This document shows, piece after piece, positions 38,687-48,636 of a stretch of DNA of 64,000 nt (its first letter is position 1; each line of letters begins with the position of its first letter). A program made the translations under genes and the position numbers. Source of the DNA: Fluviicola sp. (GTDB taxonomy: Bacteria; Bacteroidota; Bacteroidia; Flavobacteriales_D; Crocinitomicaceae); the NCBI RefSeq assembly GCF_031260455.1, contig NZ_JAIRJW010000037.1. The stretch is one strand, 5' to 3'. The notes under the pieces are model-generated. The model was not told the DNA's origin and did not search any database. It saw only the letters and a program-made list of their open reading frames with translations.

Positions 38687-39655
38687 TTACTTTCCTGTTA
38701 GTTTTTTGGATTCGATTTGATCGTCAGCAATGTATTGGTTCTGCGAAATCACGGAATGGCGGTTAATTACTCGCGGTCCTTCGATCTTCCACATGCTCTT
38801 ATCTTTCTTATCGAAACGACATTCGTTACAAATCCAGGCTGTTTTTCCGTCAATGTCTTCGATCTCACCGTATTTATCTTTACGGCCCGTTACGCGGTAA
38901 ATTTCATCTCCAAACATCCAGATCACGGCTTTTCCGGCACATTTTGTACACTCGCAGGATGCCTCCATCGGTTTTAAGAACCATACACGGCTTTTGAAGC
39001 GGAATGTTTTATCCGTCAAAGCACCAACCGGACACACATCAATCACATTCCCGGAGAAATCGTTATCGATAGCTTTCTCAATGTAAGTAGAGATTTCCGC
39101 ATGGTCTCCGCGGTGCATGACTCCGTGAACACGCTGATCCGTAAGCTGATTCGCCGTATAAACACAACGGTAACACAGGATACAACGGTTCATGTGCAGC
39201 TTGATCTTATCGCCAATATCAATCGGATCAAATGTTCTGCGTTTTTCTTCGTAGCGCGTTCTTTCTTTTCCGTGTTCGAAACCCAAATCCTGTAAGTGAC
39301 ACTCACCTGCCTGGTCGCAAACCGGACAATCCAACGGGTGGTTAATTAATAAGAACTCCGTTACAGCCGCACGGTTATCGTACACGCGCTGTGAAGTTTT
39401 GTTTTTCACCACCATTCCATCGTTTACCGGAGTAGAGCAGGAAGCCACCAGCTTCGGCATCGGGCGCGGATCTGTAGCTGAACCGGCAGCCACTTCCACC
39501 AGGCATGTTCTGCATTTTCCACCACTCCCCTGCAATTTACTGTAATAACACATAGCAGGAGGTACAATATCTCCACCGATCTTACGGGCAGCATTCAGGA
39601 TCGTTGTTCCCGGTTCTACTTCTACTTCAATATCGTCAATGATAACTTTTACCAT
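38687..39655 (-). CDS. nuoG: NADH-quinone oxidoreductase subunit G, short Bacteroidota form (2Fe-2S plus 4Fe-4S domains only)
   Basis: N-terminal 2Fe-2S ferredoxin fold (CYYSKLQGSGGKCRTCLVEV) and HPLDCPVCDQAGEC. At 322 aa it lacks the molybdopterin-like domain. Confidence 0.8.
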   Translation of the reverse strand: MVKVIIDDIEVEVEPGTTILNAARKIGGDIVPPAMCYYSKLQGSGGKCRTCLVEVAAGSATDPRPMPKLVASCSTPVNDGMVVKNKTSQRVYDNRAAVTEFLLINHPLDCPVCDQAGECHLQDLGFEHGKERTRYEEKRRTFDPIDIGDKIKLHMNRCILCYRCVYTANQLTDQRVHGVMHRGDHAEISTYIEKAIDNDFSGNVIDVCPVGALTDKTFRFKSRVWFLKPMEASCECTKCAGKAVIWMFGDEIYRVTGRKDKYGEIEDIDGKTAWICNECRFDKKDKSMWKIEGPRVINRHSVISQNQYIADDQIESKKLTGK

Positions 39656-39670
39656 AATCGATCAACTAGT

Positions 39671-41014
39671 TTATATTAAAGGCATGTGACTGGATGCAAT
39701 TCCGAAGTTGCGTTTTACCGCTTCATCCGGGTGCGTCACGTGCCATTCAAATTCTTCCCGGAAATGACGGATTGCCGCCGCTACCGGCCATGCAGCAGCA
39801 TCACCCAGCGGACAAATCGTGTTTCCTTCTATTTTCTTATTGATTTCTGCCAACAAATCGATATCGTGCATGTGGCCCTGACCGTGTTCAATCCGGCGAA
39901 GCACTTTTTCCATCCATCCTGTTCCTTCGCGGCAGGGCGAGCATTGTCCACAGGATTCGTGCGCATAGAAACGCGCAAAGTTCCAGGTATTTCTGACAAT
40001 ACACTGATCTTCGTCAAATACGATGAATCCTCCTGAGCCCAGCATCGAACCGGTAGCGAAACCACCTTCTGCCAAACTTTCGTAGGTCATCAAACGATCG
40101 GCCCCTTCAGCCGTTTTGGTAATCAGGTTTGCAGGTAAGACCGGAACAGAAGATCCTCCCGGAACACAAGCCTTGATTTTCTTTCCGTTTGCGATTCCAC
40201 CACACCATTCGTCGGAGTAGATGAATTCTTCTACGGAAAGGCCCAGCTCAATTTCGTAAACTCCCGGTTTTGCCAGGTTTCCACATGCGGAGATCAGCTT
40301 CGTTCCGGTACTTTTACCGATACCGATTTTTGCATATTCAGCACCGCCATCATTCACAATCGGAACTATGGTAGCAATGGATTCCACGTTGTTTACCACG
40401 GTCGGACAACCCCACAATCCTTTCACAGCCGGGAATGGCGGTTTGATTCGCGGGTTTCCTCTTTTTCCTTCCAGGGATTCAATCAGGGCCGTTTCTTCAC
40501 CACAGATGTAAGCTCCTCCTCCCGGACAGATTGCCAGATCCAGATCGTAACCCGAACCCAGGATATTTTTCCCAAGGAATCCGTTTGAGTACGCTTCAGC
40601 AATTGCTTTTTCCACGATTTCCAATACCCACATATATTCTCCGCGGATGTAAATGTAGGATTGGTTACATCCCAGTGCGTAGGAAGAAACAATCATTCCT
40701 TCTACCAGCAAATGCGGGATTTTTTCCATCAGGTAACGATCTTTGAAAGTTCCGGGCTCGGATTCGTCGGCATTACACAATAAATAACGCGGAACGCCTT
40801 CCGGTTTTGCCAGGAAAGACCACTTCATTCCTGTCGGGAATCCTGCACCACCACGACCTCTCAGTCCGGATGCCTGCACCTCTTCCATCACATTTTGCGG
40901 CGACATGGTTTTCAAAGCTTTCTCTACAGAACGGTAACCTCCGTTTTTGCGGTAAACTTCAAAAGTTTCAATTCCGGGAACGTTTGCATGTTCCAATAAT
41001 AGTTTTCTTCCCAT
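39671..41014 (-). CDS. nuoF: NADH-quinone oxidoreductase subunit F
   Basis: GLRGRGGAGFPTGMKW FMN/NADH site and ESCGQCSPCREG 4Fe-4S site. Confidence 0.95.
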   Translation of the reverse strand: MGRKLLLEHANVPGIETFEVYRKNGGYRSVEKALKTMSPQNVMEEVQASGLRGRGGAGFPTGMKWSFLAKPEGVPRYLLCNADESEPGTFKDRYLMEKIPHLLVEGMIVSSYALGCNQSYIYIRGEYMWVLEIVEKAIAEAYSNGFLGKNILGSGYDLDLAICPGGGAYICGEETALIESLEGKRGNPRIKPPFPAVKGLWGCPTVVNNVESIATIVPIVNDGGAEYAKIGIGKSTGTKLISACGNLAKPGVYEIELGLSVEEFIYSDEWCGGIANGKKIKACVPGGSSVPVLPANLITKTAEGADRLMTYESLAEGGFATGSMLGSGGFIVFDEDQCIVRNTWNFARFYAHESCGQCSPCREGTGWMEKVLRRIEHGQGHMHDIDLLAEINKKIEGNTICPLGDAAAWPVAAAIRHFREEFEWHVTHPDEAVKRNFGIASSHMPLI

Positions 41015-41016
41015 TC

Positions 41017-41553
41017 TTATTTATCTGAATGTTCTTTACGCAAGGTATCTAACAACTCATCTACTTTTGCAGGAGTCAAATGCTCGTGATAATGTTTTCC
41101 ACACTGAAGCATCGGACCGTAACCACAAGCTCCCAGACATTCTGCCGTTTTCAGTGTAAATATCCCGTCGGCGGAGGTTTCCCCTGCTTTGATATTGAGT
41201 TTCTTTTCGATGTGTTCAATAATCTGGTCGGAACCAACCAGCATACAAGGCCCGGTTCTGCATACTTCCAAAACCACTTTCCCAGGTTTTTCGATGTTGA
41301 ACATTGTGTAGAATGTTGCCACTTCGTACACTTCGATCGGTTGAATATTCAGCAGGCGAGCTACGTAGTTCATAGTTGGTACACTCAACCAGCCTCCGAA
41401 TTCTTCTTCCGCTATATGAAGAATGCGCATTAAGGCACTTTTTTGTTTTCCTTCCGGAAATAATCCGATAATACGCTGTACTTCTTTCATTTTCTCAGCA
41501 CTGAACTCCGGCTCCGGCTGATTGATATATTCATTTGTTGCTATCGTACTCAT
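41017..41553 (-). CDS. nuoE: NADH-quinone oxidoreductase subunit E
   Basis: Thioredoxin-like 2Fe-2S motifs (EVCRTGPC...ECLGACGYGP). The ATG at 41553 abuts the nuoD stop; the longest ORF runs to 41577. Confidence 0.9.
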   Translation of the reverse strand: MSTIATNEYINQPEPEFSAEKMKEVQRIIGLFPEGKQKSALMRILHIAEEEFGGWLSVPTMNYVARLLNIQPIEVYEVATFYTMFNIEKPGKVVLEVCRTGPCMLVGSDQIIEHIEKKLNIKAGETSADGIFTLKTAECLGACGYGPMLQCGKHYHEHLTPAKVDELLDTLRKEHSDK

Positions 41554-41554
41554 C

Positions 41555-42772
41555 TTATGCGTCCAATTCTCCTGCAATCACGTTCATGCTACTCATAGTC
41601 AAAACTGCATCAGAGATGGTCTGACCGGTAATCATTTCCGGGTATGCCTGGTAATAAATAAAACAAGGTCTTCTGAACTGAAGTCTGTATGGTGTTCTTC
41701 CTCCGTCTGAAATCAAGTGGAAGCCTAATTCTCCGTTTCCTCCTTCTACCGAATGGTACACTTCTCCTACCGGAACAGGCGTTTCCCCCATGACGATCTT
41801 GAAGTGATAAATTAACGCTTCCATTTTAGTGTAAACGTCTTCTTTGCGCGGCAAATAAAATTCAGGAACATCTGGTGAGAAGTGTTTTCCCTCCGGAAGA
41901 TTCTTGTATGCTTGTTCAATGATCCGCAAACTCTGACGGATTTCTTCCTGGCGTACACAGAAACGATCGTATGTATCTCCCTGTGTTCCTACCGGGATGA
42001 TGAAATCAAAATCTTCGTAGGATGCATACGGGTTCATTGCACGCACATCGTAATCTACTCCTGCTGCGCGCAGATTCGGACCGGTGAAACCGTAATCCAT
42101 TGCCCTTTCTGCGGAAATAGGCCCTGTACCGATTGTACGATCCATAAAGATGCGGTTGCGCAATAATAAGTCATCGAACTCCTGGAAGCGTTTTGGAAAC
42201 TCTTTCAGAAATACCTGTAATTTTTTATGGAAAGTTGGTGAGAAATCACGCTCAAATCCACCGATACGGCCCATGTTGGTTGTCAAACGCGCTCCGCATA
42301 CTTCTTCGTATAATTCGTAGATTTTTTCGCGTTCCTGGAACATATATGTGAACCCCGTTAACGCTCCGGTATCTACTCCAATTACCGAGTTACACACCAA
42401 GTGATCCGCGATACGCGCCAATTCCATGATGATGACCCGCATGTAATTCACACGTTTCGGGACTTCTATCCCGATCAGTTTTTCCATTGTCATTTCCCAT
42501 CCCATGTTGTTAATCGGGGAAGAACAATAGTTCAGCCGGTCCGTGATCGGCGTAATCTGATTGTAAGGTCTGCGCTCCGCCAGTTTTTCAAAAGCGCGGT
42601 GAATGTAACCTACCGTTTGAACAGAACCTAAGATTTTCTCTCCGTCAACTGTCAGCACGTTCTGGAAAATTCCATGCGTTGCCGGGTGTGTAGGCCCTAA
42701 GTTCAGCGTTGCAATTTGTCCGTCGATGGTTTCATCAGCGAATAAACTTTTATTTTCTGGAGTGTCGCTCAT
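41555..42772 (-). CDS. nuoD: NADH-quinone oxidoreductase subunit D
   Basis: 405 aa, LNLGPTHPATHG N-terminal signature. Confidence 0.95.
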   Translation of the reverse strand: MSDTPENKSLFADETIDGQIATLNLGPTHPATHGIFQNVLTVDGEKILGSVQTVGYIHRAFEKLAERRPYNQITPITDRLNYCSSPINNMGWEMTMEKLIGIEVPKRVNYMRVIIMELARIADHLVCNSVIGVDTGALTGFTYMFQEREKIYELYEEVCGARLTTNMGRIGGFERDFSPTFHKKLQVFLKEFPKRFQEFDDLLLRNRIFMDRTIGTGPISAERAMDYGFTGPNLRAAGVDYDVRAMNPYASYEDFDFIIPVGTQGDTYDRFCVRQEEIRQSLRIIEQAYKNLPEGKHFSPDVPEFYLPRKEDVYTKMEALIYHFKIVMGETPVPVGEVYHSVEGGNGELGFHLISDGGRTPYRLQFRRPCFIYYQAYPEMITGQTISDAVLTMSSMNVIAGELDA

Positions 42773-42872
42773 AATTTCATTATCTCAAAGCTGTACTAAC
42801 TCTATTTCCTTTAAACTCTCTTTTTGCAACCGCGCTCCGCTTGTTGCTTATCGAAAGCAGTGCTTTCTCTTC

Positions 42873-43382
42873 TCACCTGCCGAAGTAACGGTCATCTTTA
42901 TCTTCTCTTGTTGCATCTTCCAGATGATACTGTTTACGCATCGGGAAATAATCCATGGAATCTTCGTTGAGAATTCGTGTCAGGTTCGGATGTCCTTCGA
43001 AAATCACTCCGAAGAAATCGTATGTTTCACGCTCCAGCCAGTTTGCCCCCATATAGATGTCCGTAATTGACTGAATAGCCGGATTTTCAATCGGAAGAAA
43101 AGCACGGATACGCAGGCGCACATTGTGAATGAAGGAATGAATATGGTAGTTCACACAAATCTCACGGCCTTTGTCGTTCGGGTAATGCACTGCCCCAAGC
43201 AAAGTCAGGAATGACATTTTCAACACTTCATCTGTCTTCAGCCAGGAAATCAGATTATGCGTTTTTTCAGCAGGTACTTCAATGGTCAGAAAGCCATACG
43301 GTTCCTCATATTTCAGGATTGCATCACCGAATTTATCCTGCAGACGAGTCAATACCGTTTCGTTCGTCAGTTTACTCATCAT
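42873..43382 (-). CDS. nuoC: NADH-quinone oxidoreductase subunit C
   Basis: 169 aa, ..ANWLERETYDFFGVIFEGHP.. signature. Confidence 0.9.
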   Translation of the reverse strand: MMSKLTNETVLTRLQDKFGDAILKYEEPYGFLTIEVPAEKTHNLISWLKTDEVLKMSFLTLLGAVHYPNDKGREICVNYHIHSFIHNVRLRIRAFLPIENPAIQSITDIYMGANWLERETYDFFGVIFEGHPNLTRILNEDSMDYFPMRKQYHLEDATREDKDDRYFGR

Positions 43383-43920
43383 TCAAATCGTATTTCTTCA
43401 ACAAATGCTTATATTCATCCGAGTAACGACGACGCAATGACTCGCTTTTCACCAGGCGGTGGATGTTCATTACTCCTTCAATGATCTGTTCCGGTCTCGG
43501 CGGGCATCCCGGAACGTAAACGTCCACCGGAATCACACGGTCAATTCCCTGCAATACGGAGTAAGTATCAAAAATCCCTCCTGAAGAAGCACATGCGCCA
43601 ACAGACAAAACCCATTTCGGCTCTGCCATTTGCTCATACACCTGTTTCAGGACCGGAGCTAATTTTTTCGAGATTGTGCCAGCAACGATCAGCAGATCTG
43701 CCTGGCGTGGAGAAAAGGACATACGCTCCATTCCGAAACGCGCCACGTCATAGTTACTTCCCATGGTTCCCATGTATTCAATACCGCAACAAGAGGTAGC
43801 AAAAGGAAGCGGCCAAACCGAGTTTGCACGCGCAACGCCTATTACCTTATCGAGTATTGACAACTGAAACCCTTCTCCGTTAATGGTTTCAACACCATTG
43901 ATGATTTCTACTTTTCCCAT
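43372..43920 (-). CDS. nuoB: NADH-quinone oxidoreductase subunit B
   Basis: PFATSCCGIEYM, GACASSGG and VPGCPPRPE cluster-N2 motifs. Confidence 0.95.
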   Translation of the reverse strand: MGKVEIINGVETINGEGFQLSILDKVIGVARANSVWPLPFATSCCGIEYMGTMGSNYDVARFGMERMSFSPRQADLLIVAGTISKKLAPVLKQVYEQMAEPKWVLSVGACASSGGIFDTYSVLQGIDRVIPVDVYVPGCPPRPEQIIEGVMNIHRLVKSESLRRRYSDEYKHLLKKYDLNDE

Positions 43921-44279
43921 TCTAAAGCACCTTTTTTGAGTACATAGAAAAATCCTGTAAGGAAGAATGCCACGAAAACGACCACTGCTATCAATCCGTC
44001 AGACTGCAGGAAACGGAAATTCACTGCATACGGGTAGAAGAAAATGACTTCCACGTCAAAAAGCACGAATAAAATAGCGGTCAACAAATACCGGATAGAA
44101 ATCGGGAAACGGGCATTTCCAACTTCTTCAATACCACATTCCCAATTGGCGTTTTTCTTTTTTCCTGTCAGTTTCGGTCCGAGCATCGGAGCCACAACCA
44201 GAACCGTAATAACAAAGCCTAAAGCAACGGCTGCCTGAAGCAATATCGGTAAATAATCTTCTGCAGAAGACATAATCAC
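43908..44279 (-). CDS. nuoA: NADH-quinone oxidoreductase subunit A
   Basis: 123 aa three-TM ND3-like protein, first gene of the operon. Confidence 0.9.
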   Translation of the reverse strand: MIMSSAEDYLPILLQAAVALGFVITVLVVAPMLGPKLTGKKKNANWECGIEEVGNARFPISIRYLLTAILFVLFDVEVIFFYPYAVNFRFLQSDGLIAVVVFVAFFLTGFFYVLKKGALEWEK

Positions 44280-44472
44280 TAGTTTTAAGACTCGCGAATT
44301 TAATACAATTTAAGGTGAGAAAAGCCTGGAAAAAACTATTTAGACTTAATCTAAATTACCAGGTAATTATTTCAAAAATCTCTAAAATAGCTGGTCGATA
44401 AAAAGTGTTTACCGGGCGAAGATAAAGTTGTATTGATACAATTAAGTTTGGTTGCCCACAATACCTGTATTT

Positions 44473-44997
44473 TCATGAATTTAAAATATGAGAGTTCCCC
44501 GTTAGTATATCCAATCCGGTGTTTCTAAAATCTTTGTCATTAGTCAGCAATACGAAATTGCTCTCCTTGCAAAAGATCGCAATTGCTTTATCAACAATAT
44601 CAAGGGTATCTGGAATCAAAAGCCCTTCTATCTCCATTTTATTAAATGCTTTTCCGGTCACTTCAAAGCGGTTCAATACATTCTCTTTTAAAATCGTATA
44701 AATATCTTTTAAAGCAGATTGGCCAACTTCACTTTCCCTGAAGTCCTTAAATTTTAGAGTTGAAGCCACTTTTACATTTTCAATTCGAATAATCCTGTTA
44801 ACGACTTCTGAAACTACCAAAAAATCAACAAATAACCGATTACCTTGTTTCAAAAGTAAACGAAAAACCTTAGCGTAACTCTCTTCATATCTGTGCTGAC
44901 CTGTAGGCCAAAACAAGTAAATCAGGACATTGGCATCAATAAATACATTTCGATCTCTGATCTGACTAACCTCATTCAATCTATAATTAGCAGCCAT
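44473..44997 (-). CDS. PIN-domain nuclease
   Basis: The acidic residues sit in canonical contexts: VFIDANVLIY, VVSEVVNR, LLTNDKDF. ATG at 44997; the track ORF starts at a TTG at 45003. Confidence 0.75.
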   Translation of the reverse strand: MAANYRLNEVSQIRDRNVFIDANVLIYLFWPTGQHRYEESYAKVFRLLLKQGNRLFVDFLVVSEVVNRIIRIENVKVASTLKFKDFRESEVGQSALKDIYTILKENVLNRFEVTGKAFNKMEIEGLLIPDTLDIVDKAIAIFCKESNFVLLTNDKDFRNTGLDILTGNSHILNS

Positions 44998-45010
44998 AAG
45001 CAAGTCAGTT

Positions 45011-45388
45011 TTAGTCTAATAAATCATTAATGCTTCTTTCTAATGCATCCGGATCACTATAGAATAATTTTGCCGTATCTACAACGCGTTTTAGCGCCAC
45101 TTTCCCGGAATCAGACATATCTGTAACCTGTAAATGTTCTTTAATGTATGATTCAGAATAATCTTTATAGAGCTGACCAATTGCTGTATTCAGAAAAGCC
45201 GTTGTAAGCATTTCAATATTCACAAAGGAAAGTATGACTTTGTGGTCATTTTCAAAAGCTTTTCGAACCAATTCATATACCTTTTGACCATCTTCAGCTT
45301 CTACCCCAAATAGATCTCCAATTGTATTTACGATATTAATTGTAGTACCTTCCATAGTTTCAAAATATATCATTTTCATCAATTTCAC
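45011..45388 (-). CDS. STAS-like (DUF4325-type) small protein
   Basis: About 115-125 aa. The pattern ..VILSFVNIEMLTTAFLNTAIGQLY.. is typical of DUF4325/anti-sigma-antagonist-like proteins. Alternative ATG starts at 45379, 45373 and 45355. Confidence 0.6.
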   Translation of the reverse strand: MKLMKMIYFETMEGTTINIVNTIGDLFGVEAEDGQKVYELVRKAFENDHKVILSFVNIEMLTTAFLNTAIGQLYKDYSESYIKEHLQVTDMSDSGKVALKRVVDTAKLFYSDPDALERSINDLLD

Positions 45389-46220
45389 CGGTTAATGAAT
45401 AGTTGTTACTATCATCTGTACAGAATTGCAAATTTACAATTGTTCCCGGAAATTCTCCATTAAACATCTTTGTCATCACTCCGTCATTATCATACTGATA
45501 AAACCCATCCCGACTAATAATTTGCATTCGACCCTTATTCATATTTATGAATTCTCTCAAAACTGCTAATCCTAAACCTCCGGTTACCTGCTTGGTAGTA
45601 TTTTTGTCCTGAACAGCCCACTCAATTGCTCTATCAGCTGCCAAATGCTTTCCAAATCGTTCTAATATTTTTTGTTTGAATCCGACACCTGTATCAACGA
45701 TCGTGAATTCAATCTTATTTTTATTCGGAAAGAATTGACCACAGGTGTAAATATCTTCGGTATTACTATGGAATTGTGCATTGACGAAGATCTCATAAAT
45801 TGCCTCCACTATTTTTTCTTTTACTCCTGAAGACATAGGAGGCAAATCATAACTGTGCCCATCAATCAACTCTTCTATTACATAACGTTTAAAATATTTT
45901 CCATCTGTCGGTTTAAGACGCTGGTATTTAATTGTTGTACGATTTGTATCTTCTATCCTTTCTCTGCCATAGTATGTTAAAAAATCATTCTTAAGCAGAA
46001 TTTGCTCAATTTGCGAATGAATATAATCAAAAATCACATCATTTAGATTTTCTGAAAATTTGTCTAAAATGGCCCCAAGAGCAGCACTCATATTGGCAGC
46101 AAAAAAAACATCAAGTTCTAGTCTGATCTCATCAAACTCTTTATCTTTGTGACTATTGTAAAACGAGATTAGGTTCTGATAACTCGTAAATGTATTGTTG
46201 ACAGAAAACAGCCTATTCAT
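45360..46220 (-). CDS. GHKL-superfamily ATPase (HATPase_c, RsbW/SpoIIAB-like kinase fold)
   Basis: N-box EIFVNAQFHS, G1 box VDTGVGF, G2 box TGGLGLAVL. 286 aa with an uncharacterised N-terminal half. Confidence 0.7.
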   Translation of the reverse strand: MNRLFSVNNTFTSYQNLISFYNSHKDKEFDEIRLELDVFFAANMSAALGAILDKFSENLNDVIFDYIHSQIEQILLKNDFLTYYGRERIEDTNRTTIKYQRLKPTDGKYFKRYVIEELIDGHSYDLPPMSSGVKEKIVEAIYEIFVNAQFHSNTEDIYTCGQFFPNKNKIEFTIVDTGVGFKQKILERFGKHLAADRAIEWAVQDKNTTKQVTGGLGLAVLREFINMNKGRMQIISRDGFYQYDNDGVMTKMFNGEFPGTIVNLQFCTDDSNNYSLTGEIDENDIF

Positions 46221-46259
46221 ATCATATTTAGAATCAGATTTGCATCTGACAAGTTAAAA

Positions 46260-48086
46260 TCATAAATCCTCCTCGTCCGAAACATCACCACGCAGCGCCC
46301 GGTAGCGCTTACGCGCTTCGACTGTCAGAAGGCTTCCTTTGCATTCAAAAAGGATTTTCTTGTAGTATTCCTGGGCTTTTTCCTTGTCGTGAAGGTTCTT
46401 TTCATAAATTTCCGCCATCTGGAATACGGCATCGTCAGCAAGGATGTCGTTTTTGTAATACGTGTAAATGCGATTCAGGTAATCAAGCGCTTCCTGCCAT
46501 TTTCCCTGGTACTCCATTGCCTGGGCTTTACGGAACAGGATTTCATCTGCCAATCCATGATCTGGGAATGCCGCATTGATGGAATCGTACAGTTTGAAGG
46601 CACGGTCGAACTGATGCTGTTCCAATAACAGATCTGCCTGAGCAAACTGGTACATGGCGGTATAATTGCTGTCTAATCCCAAATTATCCGTGATCAGAAC
46701 GGATAATTTCATCGCATCATTCGCAATGAGCTTGCTGGTTGATTCTTTCAGGACATCCAGCTGAGACTGGGCAAACTTAAAATCTCCGTCATAATAGAAA
46801 ACCCGTGCGTTCTTGAATTTAGCTTCCGAACCGATTGTCTCGAATTTGAAATCTTTGTCGATCTGCATGTAATACAGAGAAGCTTGCCAGATATCGTCTT
46901 TCAGTACCAATACATCTGCCAGCGCCATTTTCACTTGTGCTTTTTCAAAATCGGACAACCCCGGAATGGCCAGACAGCTATCAAGCAATTGTGCTGCACC
47001 CTCTGCATCGTTTCCATAGTACGCCTTAATCTCCGCCAGTTCTTTTGCAGTATAAACGGCATTCCTGTCCCAACCCAATAATTTCAAACCTTGTCTGTAT
47101 TCTCTTTCAGCAGCAGCAATATCTTCCGGCTGGTATTTCTTTTCAATCGTGATTTCGCGGTAACGAATATTGAGCAACGCACTGTATGCCGTGTAATAAT
47201 TCGGGTTTTGCGGACCTTGTTCAATGATGTAGTTATATGCTGAACGCGCAGTGGCATAATCGCCGTTTTCCACACAGGTTTCAGCCAGGTCCATCACGCG
47301 GTTTCCATTTCCTTTTTCCCGGCGATCCAGGGCCTGGGTCTGAATTAACGCTGCCTTGAATTCTTTTTTCTGGATAAATAACCAGATCAGCATTTCGGAA
47401 TAGATAAAATCATTGGGTTTCTTCTGAATCCGGACAAGTAATTTCTCTTTCAGCTTCTGGTAAACACCTGTTTTATCTTCCGAAAAATCAATTTGTTTGG
47501 TCAGCGCATTCTGAATATTGGATGCATAATTCGGATACAAATCCAGTACCTCGAAATATTCGTCTATCATTTCATCCGTACGGCCAAGCAGTGCGTACAC
47601 TTCTGCAAACTGGACCTGCAGCGGATAATTTTTCTTTAGTTCCTTCCGACCAGCTTCGAGCGTTTTCAAGCCCCAATCTACTTTTCCCTTTTTGATGAAA
47701 GAATTGTATAATTCAACTACCTCGTATCCGTCTGATGCCACTTGTTTAATCCGTTCGTTATACAGTTTTTCTGTCTGAGAAGCTCTTTCCGTACGTTCGT
47801 ACAAGTCTCCCAGCGCAATAGTGTAGTCAAAATCCTTCGAACTGGAAATCAGCTTTTTGAGAAACTTTTCAGCATCTTTCTGCTGATTGGTTTTTTCCAG
47901 ACAATTCACATAGCGCAACTGGTCAAACTTGGTGCTTTGCTTGTTGATGAGCTTTTCAAAATACGGAAGTGCCTTGTCAAATTCTCCATTGTTGTAGTAC
48001 AAATTGGCCAATTGCTGATCTGTGCTCGTCTGCGCCGAAAGAGCAAGAGAAAAGAACAGGCAATAAAAAATAATCAAGTGTTTCAT
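46260..48086 (-). CDS. Secreted tetratricopeptide (TPR) repeat protein
   Basis: Signal peptide MKHLIIFYCLFFSLALSAQ from the ATG at 48086, followed by many TPR-like A/Y/L-patterned repeats. Confidence 0.75.
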   Translation of the reverse strand: MKHLIIFYCLFFSLALSAQTSTDQQLANLYYNNGEFDKALPYFEKLINKQSTKFDQLRYVNCLEKTNQQKDAEKFLKKLISSSKDFDYTIALGDLYERTERASQTEKLYNERIKQVASDGYEVVELYNSFIKKGKVDWGLKTLEAGRKELKKNYPLQVQFAEVYALLGRTDEMIDEYFEVLDLYPNYASNIQNALTKQIDFSEDKTGVYQKLKEKLLVRIQKKPNDFIYSEMLIWLFIQKKEFKAALIQTQALDRREKGNGNRVMDLAETCVENGDYATARSAYNYIIEQGPQNPNYYTAYSALLNIRYREITIEKKYQPEDIAAAEREYRQGLKLLGWDRNAVYTAKELAEIKAYYGNDAEGAAQLLDSCLAIPGLSDFEKAQVKMALADVLVLKDDIWQASLYYMQIDKDFKFETIGSEAKFKNARVFYYDGDFKFAQSQLDVLKESTSKLIANDAMKLSVLITDNLGLDSNYTAMYQFAQADLLLEQHQFDRAFKLYDSINAAFPDHGLADEILFRKAQAMEYQGKWQEALDYLNRIYTYYKNDILADDAVFQMAEIYEKNLHDKEKAQEYYKKILFECKGSLLTVEARKRYRALRGDVSDEEDL

Positions 48087-48093
48087 CAAGTAC

Positions 48094-48636
48094 TTACTGC
48101 TTTGAAGGTGAATGTTCGTCTTTAAAACGTTCAAAAATAGGTTTAAATTGCTCGTAAGAATGTTTAAATTCTATAAATTGTTTTTCCAGGATCAGACTAT
48201 GCTTCCGGATTTCTTCCGCCTCCTTCAGTTCAAACTGAACATGTTCGTAATACTGTGCCCGGTCTCCTGCTCCGTCTTCAATATCTGACTGCAGCAATTT
48301 CAAACGTTTCTGTTGTTCTTGCTGTGCTTTTCTAAGCTTTCGGATCTCATTCGTATAAAAATCAGTTGCCCGGTATGCCTGGATAAATCCGTCGATTTCT
48401 CTGGCTGTTTCTATATCCAGGGTGTCATTTCCCAGTTCAATATTAAAATCGAGCAGAGCCATTTTGGATTGTCCGCGCAATTTTAATAATTGATTGGTAT
48501 CCAGCTCCTGTAGCACATTTGCAACAGAATCATTGGTTATTTTTGCAAACAGCACATCACTTTCAAACTTTCCAAGTTTACTTTCACAGGAAAGAATTAA
48601 TCCAAATGACAAAAGAAACAACAAGCTTCTGAACAT
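48094..48636 (-). CDS. Hypothetical lipoprotein, coiled-coil rich
   Basis: Lipobox-like N-terminus MFRSLLFLLSFGLILSC. E/K/Q-rich helical sequence. Confidence 0.55.
   Translation of the reverse strand: MFRSLLFLLSFGLILSCESKLGKFESDVLFAKITNDSVANVLQELDTNQLLKLRGQSKMALLDFNIELGNDTLDIETAREIDGFIQAYRATDFYTNEIRKLRKAQQEQQKRLKLLQSDIEDGAGDRAQYYEHVQFELKEAEEIRKHSLILEKQFIEFKHSYEQFKPIFERFKDEHSPSKQ

Noticed and set aside
42773-42872. 100-nt gap with a short palindrome (GAAAGCAgTGCTTTC) between nuoD and nuoC, considered as an internal terminator or regulatory element
   Set aside because: The palindrome has essentially no loop and no T-tract. An untranslated spacer inside a long respiratory operon is unremarkable without expression data.
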